DNA of 64,000 bases from a virus. This document shows, piece by piece, positions 10,173 to 20,597 of the stretch. Numbering within the stretch: position 1 is the stretch's first letter; each line of letters begins with the position of its first letter. The notes beneath the pieces were generated by a model. That model worked only from the letters and a program-made list of their open reading frames with translations. It did no database searches and was not told where the DNA came from. The stretch spans positions 1-64,000 of IMG/VR virus record IMGVR_UViG_3300025141_008848, one strand, 5' to 3'. Both the position numbers and the translations under genes were made by a program.

Positions 10173-10970
10173 TTAAGTATACAAAAAGTTTTTAGCTTTT
10201 ATATCTTTAGGAAAGAAAAAATCATCCTGAGGCTTATTGTAATTTAACCAATTATGTGGGGCAATTACTATTTCCTTTGGGCTCAACCAAGCTGACCACC
10301 ACGAAAATGAGGAGGCTGAAATAATATTATATCTAGAGTTGTAAAGACATTTAAAATCTGACATTATACTATTGGAAACTACAGGAATATCTGGAAATAT
10401 CGAAGATGAAAATTCCACGTCATCCGTGACTATAAGAAATTTTACATCACTTTTAACTTCCTTAACCATTTTAAAAGCCTTTAGATAATATTCTTTAGGT
10501 ATTAACCAATTATTAGTTCCGAATAGATTATCACCACCCCTAATATGGACATAACAATATTCATCCACAGGATACTTGGCAATTACTGATTTTGTAACCT
10601 CATCCATTTCCAACTCAAACCAAGATTTAACCATATCCTCATAACCCTCAAAGTATTTTTCTGTTTGGAAATACCCACGTAAGTGAGTAAAATCTGACAC
10701 ATCAAATACAGATGGGTTAAAGGCCTGGTCGGGACTTTCTTGAAATATCTTTTGTATGGGTCCATCCACCACACCTAAGTCAATGGTGGGGAAACATTCT
10801 TTTAGATTTCCCGCGTAGGGAAGGTTAAAATTACACCCTTTTTTATGAGCAATTAATCTACATAATGCATATTGGAACATATGATTACCTAATGATATAT
10901 TATTCTGTTGTGCGACACCAAATTTCTTTAATTGAGATTCGGATAATTGGTTAACGTGTATTGAAATCAT
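10173..10970 (-). CDS. GT11 glycosyltransferase
   Basis: LGNHMFQYA, GYFQTEKYF, HIRGGD, VTDD, SSFSWWSAWL. Confidence 0.88.
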   Translation of the reverse strand: MISIHVNQLSESQLKKFGVAQQNNISLGNHMFQYALCRLIAHKKGCNFNLPYAGNLKECFPTIDLGVVDGPIQKIFQESPDQAFNPSVFDVSDFTHLRGYFQTEKYFEGYEDMVKSWFELEMDEVTKSVIAKYPVDEYCYVHIRGGDNLFGTNNWLIPKEYYLKAFKMVKEVKSDVKFLIVTDDVEFSSSIFPDIPVVSNSIMSDFKCLYNSRYNIISASSFSWWSAWLSPKEIVIAPHNWLNYNKPQDDFFFPKDIKAKNFLYT

Positions 10971-11028
10971 ATATATTATTTTTATTAAAAATATAATGAA
11001 TTAAGGTTAAAGTGAATGACTATCTTAT

Positions 11029-11934
11029 CTATTTAATTAAATAAGTAAATTTGGTTTTTATTAAGTCAAGAATTTCTTGAGGGTAAGTATAGGAATCTAA
11101 ATCTACCTCTTTTAAACCATCAAAATAGAATTCTTGTATACTATCCCTATACGAATTATTCGTCCTCCCAAATAAATCTACACCACTCTGGATTTTATTC
11201 TCTATATTCGATGTGATGTGGGTATTATTAAATTCTTGATGAGCATACGAGTCAATTTTTGTTTTAATTCTATCCACACCACCCATAAATGATAAGTGCC
11301 ATCCACCTTTCTCTATTTTATCAAAATCAACTCTTTTATTTTTAAGGTGTGTTAGGGAGACCTCTTTAGTGTCTTTATATCTAACTACATAATTTCCATA
11401 CCAGTTAGTGTGTGCCATGGTATTTATGTGGTAATAAAAACAATCTTGTAGAACACAGTAGTTATATAATTTTTTTTCTTTTATATCTTTCACCACTTCT
11501 GGTTTTGGGATTTCATCTAAATCAGAAAGCATAATCATATCATCATCATCACAATCCATCAAACCAAACTGGATAAATTCTTTTTGTAGGTAGTCCCTAC
11601 AGAATGTGGGGTATTGTTTGAGCTGACTCTCAGACTCTTCTATATCATATCGTTCCGATATTTTATTATACATTAAACTATGTTTATCACCACCAACTTT
11701 TTTACCCATATCTAATATATTAGACGGGAAGTCATTCACAACATGTATAATCTTATCATTATATTTACTAAATAATTCTTTATTCTCTTGGTAGTATAAT
11801 TTTTTTTCTTTATCGGAATGAGTTCTAGTGGCCTCACTTATTACAAAGTAATCAACGTGGTCGTACAACAACTCTAATCGTATCTCTAGTAAGTCCAATT
11901 CATTAAAGAATTGAAAACAATCGTAAATTTTCAT
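11029..11934 (-). CDS. GT17 (beta-1,4-GlcNAc transferase-like) glycosyltransferase
   Basis: YDCFQFFNELDLLEIRL, VDYFVISE, SDLDEIP, GWHLSFMGG, YAHQE. Confidence 0.88.
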   Translation of the reverse strand: MKIYDCFQFFNELDLLEIRLELLYDHVDYFVISEATRTHSDKEKKLYYQENKELFSKYNDKIIHVVNDFPSNILDMGKKVGGDKHSLMYNKISERYDIEESESQLKQYPTFCRDYLQKEFIQFGLMDCDDDDMIMLSDLDEIPKPEVVKDIKEKKLYNYCVLQDCFYYHINTMAHTNWYGNYVVRYKDTKEVSLTHLKNKRVDFDKIEKGGWHLSFMGGVDRIKTKIDSYAHQEFNNTHITSNIENKIQSGVDLFGRTNNSYRDSIQEFYFDGLKEVDLDSYTYPQEILDLIKTKFTYLIK

Positions 11935-11939
11935 AATAT

Positions 11940-12851
11940 CTATTTATTTATTTTTTTATTATATTCTAATGCCTCTTTTTTACATGTATCATAATCATAT
12001 AACACACCTTCTCTATCTAAGTACTCAAAACGACTTGTATAGATTTCACGTTGTGACCAATACCCATCACTTAAATTATGTGAGTTAAAATATTTAGGGG
12101 CCAATACTTTATTTGAATTATCATTTAACCAAGCAGCCCACCAAGAAAAGGTGGAGTTGGATATTATAAGCCACTTTGCTTGGGTAACAACATAAAAATC
12201 AAAACCAATATCCACATGAATTGCTTTTATATCAAACGGCATATAATTTTTAGCTGTCTGGATATCATCTGTTACTATAAGGAATTCCATATTCTCATTA
12301 ATAGACTTCATATGGTTAATAGAATCCCTCCAGTACTCCTTTCGTAAAAGAACGTTTGGTATGTTTCTATATTCACCACCTCTAAAATTAATAACACATA
12401 AATTATCATTTAATGATATTCCCATCTCATTTAATCTACCATCAAATATTATTTTATAGGAGTCATTTATTGTAAACCATTTTTTAATATCATCCCTTCT
12501 ATCCACTATATAGTTTTCAGACTGGTATATACCACCAACAGAACCATTATCACCAATTAGTCTAGTATTATCCTCAATTTCATATAGTCGTTTATCTAAA
12601 CTATTAAACCAGACTTTTTCACCATTACCTTCGTGAAAATCCCATCTTTCATGAAAATTATTTAATATCCCACTAACTGGCTTACCGAAATCAACATCCA
12701 TAAATGTCATTTGACTATTACCTTGGTGATAGTCGTTAGATGTCTGTGGGTCAATACCCCATTCATATCCTAGCTTTTCCGCTACAATCCTACAGACAGC
12801 ATATTGCCACATATGATTACCTAAATTTCCAGTTAAATTTGTTGTTATCAT
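11940..12851 (-). CDS. GT11 glycosyltransferase
   Basis: GNLGNHMWQYA, YQSENY, NFRGGEY, VTDD, SNSTFSWWAAWL. Confidence 0.85.
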   Translation of the reverse strand: MITTNLTGNLGNHMWQYAVCRIVAEKLGYEWGIDPQTSNDYHQGNSQMTFMDVDFGKPVSGILNNFHERWDFHEGNGEKVWFNSLDKRLYEIEDNTRLIGDNGSVGGIYQSENYIVDRRDDIKKWFTINDSYKIIFDGRLNEMGISLNDNLCVINFRGGEYRNIPNVLLRKEYWRDSINHMKSINENMEFLIVTDDIQTAKNYMPFDIKAIHVDIGFDFYVVTQAKWLIISNSTFSWWAAWLNDNSNKVLAPKYFNSHNLSDGYWSQREIYTSRFEYLDREGVLYDYDTCKKEALEYNKKINK

Positions 12852-13513
12852 ATTTTTGTTATTACTATTAGATAGTTATCATAACTATGACCAGCCCTTA
12901 GGTCTTTAACTGTAACGGAATAACCTTCCGGTAAAATATTGTTAACCTCACCCAACCAATAATCAGGTTGTTGACAATCCTCAATAACTAGTACTCCATT
13001 AGGACGTAACATAGATAAAAAATTATTCACCACGAATAACACATCAGGTAACATATGACTTCCATCATCAATAATAATATCAAACGTCACACCACTTAAT
13101 TGTTCTTTTAGAGAAGCATCTTTTATATCTTTGAATATAAAAGTAATATCGTCCTTACGGTATTCCGGTAATACAACATCAACTATATCTACCCCATAAA
13201 TGTTAACATTAGGGAAATAGTCTCTACAGGCCATTAAACCACCTCCTCTTTGGATTCCTATCTCTAAAAAGTTAATCTCAGTGCCCTTATCGAAATTCTC
13301 GAATAGAGAATCATAAGATTCTCCATAGGTATGACCTATAGGGGTCTCCGCGTTATCAACAACTACTCTATCATCTAAATTGTTATAGATGTTTCTTATT
13401 GTTCCATGATTCTTATCGGTCACATACTTTAATAATAACTCACCAAAGTTAGGTCCCAGGGTCTTATTTTCCATAATTAGGGGTATACTATTTTTTCCAT
13501 TTATTTTAACCAA
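12848..13513 (-). CDS. Sugar O-methyltransferase-like protein (MycE/TylE type)
   Basis: HTYGESY, FLEIGIQRGG, YGVDI, FDIIIDDGSH, GVLVIED. Confidence 0.78.
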   Translation of the reverse strand: MVKINGKNSIPLIMENKTLGPNFGELLLKYVTDKNHGTIRNIYNNLDDRVVVDNAETPIGHTYGESYDSLFENFDKGTEINFLEIGIQRGGGLMACRDYFPNVNIYGVDIVDVVLPEYRKDDITFIFKDIKDASLKEQLSGVTFDIIIDDGSHMLPDVLFVVNNFLSMLRPNGVLVIEDCQQPDYWLGEVNNILPEGYSVTVKDLRAGHSYDNYLIVITKI

Positions 13514-14190
13514 TTATTTCCTATAGTGTTTACTTCGTCAATATTGTTCCATTTAGAACTCTTACCATGAAACCCAAACGGTGTAATACCTTCTATCTCA
13601 GGTATATATGATTCATGTGAAAAATACTTAGCCACATCTAGAGGTGCGTACCTCATACCATTTTCTTCAAATATGTGTCTATAATTTACACATATATAAC
13701 CATCTTCATTGTAAAACCCATGAAAGGACTTCCACTCTAACCCTAATTTATTCGGTAGGTCCACCAATTTTTTAGACCTCAAAGAAAATCCACCATTACC
13801 AACCCTAAAAAGATTACCCTTGGTATCTCTATAAGAGAAGTTATCATTTGGTAAAGACCAAGGAGCACCAATATAATCGTACTCTAAAAATTCGTTACGC
13901 CAAGATGAAGGATTAACTACATAACCATCGGGTTGTATAACTAAAACAAATTCAGTCTCAAAGTACCCACCCAACTTGTATATTATATTATAACTATATT
14001 CATCTATACTGTTCATTTTATCAATATACTCAAACTTAATGTTTGGTGGGAGGTTATTTGGTTTTTCATGTGACACTAATTTGACTGCACCAAAATTAAT
14101 GCCCCGACAACTATATTCTAAAGCTTTTATCGACTCATCTAATTTAATAGAACTTAATATTACTAATGTTACATTTTTTAAATTAAGCAT
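13501..14190 (-). CDS. DUF5672-like putative glycosyltransferase
   Basis: LVIQPDG, FLEYDYIGAPW, VGNGGFSLRS, NEDG, FSHE, FGFHG. Confidence 0.75.
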   Translation of the reverse strand: MLNLKNVTLVILSSIKLDESIKALEYSCRGINFGAVKLVSHEKPNNLPPNIKFEYIDKMNSIDEYSYNIIYKLGGYFETEFVLVIQPDGYVVNPSSWRNEFLEYDYIGAPWSLPNDNFSYRDTKGNLFRVGNGGFSLRSKKLVDLPNKLGLEWKSFHGFYNEDGYICVNYRHIFEENGMRYAPLDVAKYFSHESYIPEIEGITPFGFHGKSSKWNNIDEVNTIGNNWLK

Positions 14191-15589
14191 ATTTTAATTT
14201 TAACATATTAAATTCTGTATCTTTTAATGATTGTGGTATTGTGTCCGTCAATCGTTCCCCCCAAGTCCTGTTAACTACAGTTATTTCCTCCAGTATAGAA
14301 GGTTCACCATGTAAATCAAACATCCGTTTATAGTAATCTACATCCATCAACCAATTTAACCCCTCATCGAAGAAAAGTAAATTTTTATTTTTAATGGTCA
14401 TACCACTTGGACATCCCATAGTATTGTTACCCGTCCATATCATATTATTCCAGTGTGGGTTATAAAGTCGATAGTAAGATTTACCATCATTACTGTGATA
14501 AAATTTAGACATCAACCAACTAATATTAGGTTGCGAAATAAGAAAATCTGACTGTATTTTTAACGAATTTTTATCATATAAAAAATCATCCTGGAATAAA
14601 ACTTTAATCCATTTTCCAGAACATAACCTCATAGCGTTATTGATATTTGGAGATATAATACCCCTACCTCTTGAATTCCTAAAATATTTTATATTTAATT
14701 TATCCGACCACTGAGTATAAACATCCTTTATAGTGTCATCCTCACTATGGTCAGATAATACCACCTCAAAGTCCTTAAATGTCTGATTACTCAAAATAGT
14801 TAAACTATGCTCCAAAAACTCCCTACCCCTACCACCGTAACCATAAGTTGGAATCGCAATAGAAAAAAATGGTTTATTTAGTGTGGTGACTAATTTACTA
14901 ATATTCATGGATAAATTTTTGGGTACGTGTGGTGGGGAATAACTTTTTTTAACTTTTTTAGTTTCTGAAGCTAATTCGTAAATAGTTTTTGTTTCGGTAC
15001 CAACATTATACAAACCACTTAAATTATCCATTACCATAGAAATTATAATTTTAGATATGTTAGGACAGTAGTCAAAATTTCCCACCTGGTCAATCCAAGC
15101 ATTATCATAAGGAAATGGGGTTGGTTTATGAGTACATCTACACAAAAGATAATTTTTAGAACTTAACTGAACTAAACCGTCACCTAACAATTTTGTGTAA
15201 CCATACCAATTATTACAATGAACTGGTACAGTATTTTCTGTAGCTTCAGAATCAGAATTAGAGTAAAGATAGTCGGTAGAAATGTGCACCAGTTTAACAT
15301 TCCAGTTATTACAAAAATCTATTAAGTTGGATACCCCCACGTAGTTAACGTCCCAATGAACATCTCTATTTTTATTGTAGGTGTCGGTATTAGCGATACA
15401 ATTAACTATTACATCATATTTACAATGTTGTATCGCACCAAACTCTACATTAGTTAGTAGGTGGTAAGTACCCAAGTCGGTAATATCAAAACCATCACTA
15501 TTTCTAGAAATACAATCCCATTGGGTTTGCTTAACTATCTCTGAACCCAATAACCCATCACCTAATACTAAAACTCTTAATTTTTCCAT
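14183..15589 (-). CDS. Fusion: RmlD-like NDP-4-keto-sugar reductase + GT2 glycosyltransferase
   Basis: GDGLLG, HISTDY, YGYTKL (RmlD-like); FSIAIPTY, EVVLSDHSED, LFQDD, MDVDYY (GT2). Confidence 0.85.
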   Translation of the reverse strand: MEKLRVLVLGDGLLGSEIVKQTQWDCISRNSDGFDITDLGTYHLLTNVEFGAIQHCKYDVIVNCIANTDTYNKNRDVHWDVNYVGVSNLIDFCNNWNVKLVHISTDYLYSNSDSEATENTVPVHCNNWYGYTKLLGDGLVQLSSKNYLLCRCTHKPTPFPYDNAWIDQVGNFDYCPNISKIIISMVMDNLSGLYNVGTETKTIYELASETKKVKKSYSPPHVPKNLSMNISKLVTTLNKPFFSIAIPTYGYGGRGREFLEHSLTILSNQTFKDFEVVLSDHSEDDTIKDVYTQWSDKLNIKYFRNSRGRGIISPNINNAMRLCSGKWIKVLFQDDFLYDKNSLKIQSDFLISQPNISWLMSKFYHSNDGKSYYRLYNPHWNNMIWTGNNTMGCPSGMTIKNKNLLFFDEGLNWLMDVDYYKRMFDLHGEPSILEEITVVNRTWGERLTDTIPQSLKDTEFNMLKLKYA

Positions 15590-16878
15590 TTATTAACGAA
15601 TATACTTTCTATATAATCAAACACTTCATTTGTATAATGTGGTGCAGCACCAACAAAAAATACTTTATCTAAAACCTTATTTGCGTTAGGATAATCTCCT
15701 AACTCCCCCAAATGACTATAACCTGGATGCATTAGTATATTACCAGCAAAATAATTCCTAGTCTGAATTTTATTCTCTTCTAAAAAAGACACTAACCGAC
15801 CCTTTAATTTTTTATCTTTACAAATAAAGGGGGTACCAAACCAACAAGTGTCAGCTTTTGGTAGCATAGAAACTCCTTTGATTCCAGACACATACTTTAG
15901 AAAAATAGACTCAATAGTATTTTTACTACGTTTTCTATTTGTATCTATCTCATCAAATTTCTTTAATTGTACTAACCCAATGGACCCTTGTAAGTCCATA
16001 GGTTTTAAATTGTACCCCATATTGGTAAAAACATACTTATGGTCTATTATCCCATCATATGTGTCTAACCACGTATCAAACCTTTTACCACACGTACCAC
16101 AAGATAGTAGGTTAGCAGAACCAACACAATAACAATCTCTACCCCACCAAGCAAAACTAGTAAATAATTTTTTTAATGGGGCTATGTTAGTACAAACAGC
16201 ACCACCTTCACCAGTAGATATGTGATGAGCTGGATAAAAGGAAGAAGTCCAAGCTTCATAGTACTCACTTAAATGTTTACCGTCCCATTTAGAACCAATA
16301 CTATCACAACTATCACCTATTAATTTTATATCATGTTTTTTACATAATTCACTTAAAAAATCCATGTCAGGTACATTACCTAATACCGGAGATACAAATA
16401 TAGCCTTAGTTCTAGAAGTTATTTTTTCCTCTATTTTAGTGACATCAAAGTTCAACGTATCATATTCTATATCTACAAATACTGGAGTTAAATTATTTTG
16501 TACTATAACAGAGATTGTCGTTGGAAACCCAACAGGTGAAACAATAACCTCATCACCATCTCCCCAACCAAAATACTTCTTAAGAGCTGACATTAGAACT
16601 AAATTAGCTGAACTACCTGAGTTTACCATTTGGACAAACTCGGCACCAAATAACTTACCAAACTTACGTTCAAATTTATGGACATTTTCTCCAGCAACAA
16701 CCCACTTACCTTCTATAAAAGTTTTTATGGCTGCCATAATCTCTTCTTCATCCCAGTAAGGTCCAGAATACAACACTTGGCTTTTACCTGGAACAAATGC
16801 TTGGTTGTAAAGGTATTTTGGTTTGTTTTCTTTTAGATAACCTAAAAGTGATGGTAATATAGTATCTATTTCTTTCAT
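15577..16878 (-). CDS. rfbH: CDP-4-keto-6-deoxyglucose 3-dehydrase (E1/RfbH/DdhC type; DegT/DnrJ fold)
   Basis: VNSGSSANL, SFYPAHHISTGEGG (His in place of the PLP Lys), GRDCYC..CGTC Cys cluster, HKYVF, GYNLKP. Confidence 0.88.
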   Translation of the reverse strand: MKEIDTILPSLLGYLKENKPKYLYNQAFVPGKSQVLYSGPYWDEEEIMAAIKTFIEGKWVVAGENVHKFERKFGKLFGAEFVQMVNSGSSANLVLMSALKKYFGWGDGDEVIVSPVGFPTTISVIVQNNLTPVFVDIEYDTLNFDVTKIEEKITSRTKAIFVSPVLGNVPDMDFLSELCKKHDIKLIGDSCDSIGSKWDGKHLSEYYEAWTSSFYPAHHISTGEGGAVCTNIAPLKKLFTSFAWWGRDCYCVGSANLLSCGTCGKRFDTWLDTYDGIIDHKYVFTNMGYNLKPMDLQGSIGLVQLKKFDEIDTNRKRSKNTIESIFLKYVSGIKGVSMLPKADTCWFGTPFICKDKKLKGRLVSFLEENKIQTRNYFAGNILMHPGYSHLGELGDYPNANKVLDKVFFVGAAPHYTNEVFDYIESIFVNKWKN

Positions 16879-17597
16879 TATCTAACTAATTTATTATACG
16901 GGGGCTTGTTTCGTATTTTTGCGGCTACATCATTAACCAAACCCAAATCAACCTTATGGTCATTTAGTGGGTTAGTTTCGTTATACGTATATAGTTGTTC
17001 GTTTACAAATAAATAATGTTCATCAGTTGCCATTTCTAACATTGGGAACATAAAAGCTAAATCACCAGTCACTTTCCAATACACACCATTTTCATCCTTC
17101 AAGTCATCTACTTCTATTTCTCTCCATAAAAAAGCTCTCCAAGTTCTTAAATGTGAACAAGTCATTCTACTTTTTCTTAAATGAGGGGTTATTTCTTGCT
17201 TAGAAGAAAAACCATTTGCTCCAGTTGAATAACCAAATGAACCGTTGGTAATCCATACATTATTATCACTATATATTTTAGCAACTTTCCCTAACACAGA
17301 GGAATTGGGTAACCAATCATCACCATCTACTTCCACACATACTTCATTGTCTTTAACTCCATAATCACCTCTAATTATTTGGTCATAGTTTCCAGGCTGA
17401 TACATTTTTGTCTCGTTCTCGACTAAAATAAACCTATCATCATCTTTAATTATATCTTTTACCAAGGTAACAGAGTTGTCAGTTGATAAATCATCAGTAA
17501 TGTAACATTTAAAATCTTTAAAGTCTTGAGCCATAATAGAACCCAAACAACGCTCGACATATTGGTCGCAGTTATATAGTGTAGTTAGTATAATCAT
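16878..17597 (-). CDS. GT2 glycosyltransferase
   Basis: YNC, TDDLSTD, VDGDDWL, SHLRTW, DLAFMFPMLEM. Confidence 0.85.
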   Translation of the reverse strand: MIILTTLYNCDQYVERCLGSIMAQDFKDFKCYITDDLSTDNSVTLVKDIIKDDDRFILVENETKMYQPGNYDQIIRGDYGVKDNEVCVEVDGDDWLPNSSVLGKVAKIYSDNNVWITNGSFGYSTGANGFSSKQEITPHLRKSRMTCSHLRTWRAFLWREIEVDDLKDENGVYWKVTGDLAFMFPMLEMATDEHYLFVNEQLYTYNETNPLNDHKVDLGLVNDVAAKIRNKPPYNKLVR

Positions 17598-17639
17598 AGT
17601 ATTTTTTATTTTTTATTTTTTATTTTATTAAGTACTTAA

Positions 17640-17668
17640 AATATAGCCAATTTATTTATTTAAGTCAA
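17640..17668 (-). promoter_or_regulatory. Housekeeping-sigma-type promoter
   Basis: TTGACT-N17-TATATT upstream of 17597. Confidence 0.55.
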
Positions 17669-17679
17669 TATTCGTACAA

Positions 17680-18465
17680 TTACAATTCTAGGAGTTTAAC
17701 CCATTCTGTAATTATTTCATCATTAGATAGAGTTATGGTGTCATGTTCAGTGGCTTTACTACCATAAAATTTTGTACCCGTAGTTTCACACTCATCCTTA
17801 ACTAAAGATGCTACCTCACTATGTGAGGAAAGATACACAGCTTCTACTTCATCATATATTTTTTGTTTATCACTCATAAACCCTCTCTCTATCACATTAT
17901 CATTCACCAGAGGTTTTACAAAATTATTATAGTAGTTCGGGTCAGTAACATTACCGAACAACATAACTTTTTTAAACCCATCTCTGAGCGCTTTATGGAT
18001 AGATACGTGTGTTTGTTTGTTTTCGTCTATAGAGCCTATAATTCCTGCAATACCTTTTGTTTCGGGAGATTTTGGGGTGCATTTTAATACCTCTTTTAGA
18101 TTAGGTATTATACTATATTTTCCAGTATACTTATAGTGATAATTTCTTTGTTTTTCATTTAAAAAAACTACTTCATCCCAGTGTTGAGGCATAGACCCTA
18201 CCTCGAAAACATTTTTTTCATGACAAGAGAGTAAAACTTTATCGGCTTCCGGTCGGGAATTTAAAGGGATAAAATGAAAAATTACCTTATCTTTTTTATT
18301 TATATGTAATTTATTTATTTTACCAGATTTACATTTATCTAAATGCCATTCATGAGGACCATAAAATGTAGTATCATATCCCGCCTTATTTAACTCATTT
18401 GTAAGGTTTATAAATGCAAAGGTAGACCCACCACGATTACTCCAACCAGAAACTATTTTTACCAT
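17680..18465 (-). CDS. GT-B (GT4-like) glycosyltransferase
   Basis: GGSTFAF, SCHE, IIPN, GSIDENKQTH, SHSEVASLVKDE. Confidence 0.65.
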   Translation of the reverse strand: MVKIVSGWSNRGGSTFAFINLTNELNKAGYDTTFYGPHEWHLDKCKSGKINKLHINKKDKVIFHFIPLNSRPEADKVLLSCHEKNVFEVGSMPQHWDEVVFLNEKQRNYHYKYTGKYSIIPNLKEVLKCTPKSPETKGIAGIIGSIDENKQTHVSIHKALRDGFKKVMLFGNVTDPNYYNNFVKPLVNDNVIERGFMSDKQKIYDEVEAVYLSSHSEVASLVKDECETTGTKFYGSKATEHDTITLSNDEIITEWVKLLEL

Positions 18466-19556
18466 TCTAATACAGTTTTATATTTTTTTATCATATCCCC
18501 ATCTAAACCTTCATCGTCATCACTATTAAATTGTGGTGTCATAGGGTAAAAAGACTTAATATACTCTATCAGTCTATTTTCAGTAGTATGGACCAAATCA
18601 AACTTAATGTCTTTTATTTTGTACATTTTACCGTTTTCAGACGGTACAGGTCCTGCGTTTGAATTAACTATCCATTTACCATCACCTATCTGATACCCTG
18701 GTGGGGAATTAAGAGGTCCATTCATTATACCTTTTCTATTAAGGACATTTATTAGGTTTGGGGGTATCTCTGCACAAACACTAATACCATGACCCATACC
18801 CTTAAGGTTTAGTAATAAATCCATTGCCTTATCATGTAAGGTGTCACACACAAAAAGAACATCAAACTTTTCATTATCCCTAAAAGACCTTTTAATTTTA
18901 ATGGGTAAAACATCTTTATATTTTTCTGCAAATAAAGACCTATTTTTTTCCCATTCGTCATTAGTTTGACCAATAGATAAGTGAGTGATTCTAATATCGG
19001 TACAGACACCAATCTTAACATCCGACAAATAATTAGAAAAACAGAACTCAACATCATAAAAGTGAAAACCACTAACCGATTCATCAAAATGATTAATAAT
19101 CCTATTTTTAGACACACCAAAAAATAACCCATCTACTAATGCGACCTCAGTCAACCTAATTCCACTATCTTTAGAATATCTAGTTAACCATTTTTTACCT
19201 TCATGTTCATGATAAACAGCACCATGCATTTTAGAAAAATCATCCCACCACCTTCCAGTTGATGACAGATACCTAGTACCAGCCACACCTATAATCCCAA
19301 ACGAAGGATTCCTCTTAAAATGTTTTAAAATTTTTCTACCCCAATTCTTAGTCTCAAATTTAATATCATCGTGACAAAAAACTACAATATCGTTAGTGGA
19401 TTTTTCTAAACCCATATTATAGACTTCATTTAGTGAATATTTACCAGGATTTTCATAGGGTAAAATTTCTACATTATGAACACCACAGGTAGATTTAATG
19501 AGTGCAATAAAATCTTCATTTATTTTTTTAGTACTAAATATTACCGATAATCCCAT
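18459..19556 (-). CDS. GT2-like glycosyltransferase with extra C-terminal region
   Basis: YNMG, VFCHDD, GIIGVAG, VDGLF, FHFYDVEFC, HLSIG. Confidence 0.78.
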   Translation of the reverse strand: MGLSVIFSTKKINEDFIALIKSTCGVHNVEILPYENPGKYSLNEVYNMGLEKSTNDIVVFCHDDIKFETKNWGRKILKHFKRNPSFGIIGVAGTRYLSSTGRWWDDFSKMHGAVYHEHEGKKWLTRYSKDSGIRLTEVALVDGLFFGVSKNRIINHFDESVSGFHFYDVEFCFSNYLSDVKIGVCTDIRITHLSIGQTNDEWEKNRSLFAEKYKDVLPIKIKRSFRDNEKFDVLFVCDTLHDKAMDLLLNLKGMGHGISVCAEIPPNLINVLNRKGIMNGPLNSPPGYQIGDGKWIVNSNAGPVPSENGKMYKIKDIKFDLVHTTENRLIEYIKSFYPMTPQFNSDDDEGLDGDMIKKYKTVLEW

Positions 19557-20165
19557 TTATTCTATACCTGTTGAACCAAAACCACCATCACCTCTTGCTG
19601 TTTTGGTTAAGTTATTTACTTTAACTAAATTAGCCCATCTTCCTGAGATAACTGGAGATACTACGGCTTGAGCAATTCTATCTCCATGAGTAATAGTAAA
19701 ATTTTCATTACTTAAATTTATTAAAATTACTTTTATTTCACCACTATATCCCCTATCTACAGTACCTGGAGTATTTAATACTGTTATACCATTTTTTATA
19801 GCTAATCCACTTCTGGGTCTGACTTGGACCTCAAAACTTTCAGGTAACTCAAAATGGATACCTGTAGGGACTAAAACTCTTTCTAATGGTTTTACCGTAA
19901 GGGTGGAAGATAAATCAGCTCTTAAATCCATCCCACTATCATCCAAGTACTTATACTCTAAATTTGGGTTATTTGAGGTATTCTGATATACGATTTTAGG
20001 TTTTACTTGTTCCATCGCAGATTTAACAGTTTCTTCTTCTAATTTGGTTAACATATTACGGTCCACACCTAAATGAGACAACATTTGTTCATCATCTAAA
20101 GAGTCTTTTCTATTTCCAGCTAAATTCTTAATTCTCTCCCATGTCGTACCTTCTTTACGTCCCAT
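19557..20165 (-). CDS. dut: Trimeric dUTPase with N-terminal extension
   Basis: SGMDLRA, RPRSGLA, NTPGTVDRGYSGE, GDRIAQ, RGDGGFGSTG. Confidence 0.95.
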   Translation of the reverse strand: MGRKEGTTWERIKNLAGNRKDSLDDEQMLSHLGVDRNMLTKLEEETVKSAMEQVKPKIVYQNTSNNPNLEYKYLDDSGMDLRADLSSTLTVKPLERVLVPTGIHFELPESFEVQVRPRSGLAIKNGITVLNTPGTVDRGYSGEIKVILINLSNENFTITHGDRIAQAVVSPVISGRWANLVKVNNLTKTARGDGGFGSTGIE

Positions 20166-20166
20166 A

Positions 20167-20400
20167 TTAAATATTATAATATTTAGGTGTTAGTTGTGGG
20201 TGTAAAAAGTCCTCAAAAGGGGCTTTAGCTATTGAAACAACTTCAGAATCTCTTGTATCTTCTGATAGGTATGAAGCCAGTCTTTTATTAACCTCGAATA
20301 GAGATTCTGCTTCTACGACATATTTAAATTTTTTAACTTTAGCATTTCCTTCGTTATCCATAACTCCAGTTTCGAATGCTACGATTGCTTGATAGTACAT
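20167..20400 (-). CDS. DUF4494-like small protein
   Basis: MYYQAIVAFE..DNEGNAKVKKFKYVVEAESLFE resembles the Bacteroidota DUF4494 N-terminus (from memory); start moved to ATG 20400. Confidence 0.55.
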   Translation of the reverse strand: MYYQAIVAFETGVMDNEGNAKVKKFKYVVEAESLFEVNKRLASYLSEDTRDSEVVSIAKAPFEDFLHPQLTPKYYNI

Positions 20401-20404
20401 ATTT

Positions 20405-20587
20405 TTATCCTTTAAAATTACACGATTTGTGAGTTCCATCACACATCGGTTGTTTATGAGTCTGACCACATCTACATAATGCGTACTGCTCCGTTACTTC
20501 TAATTCTTTTCCATTTCTAGTTACACTAGTTTTTCCTTTGACCAAAATAGGTCCATTTTCCAGTATATTAATTTCCACTTTTTCCAT
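20405..20587 (-). CDS. CDGSH [2Fe-2S] domain protein
   Basis: NGPILVKG, ALCRCGQTHKQPMCDGTH. Confidence 0.92.
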   Translation of the reverse strand: MEKVEINILENGPILVKGKTSVTRNGKELEVTEQYALCRCGQTHKQPMCDGTHKSCNFKG

Positions 20588-20597
20588 AATTTATGTT

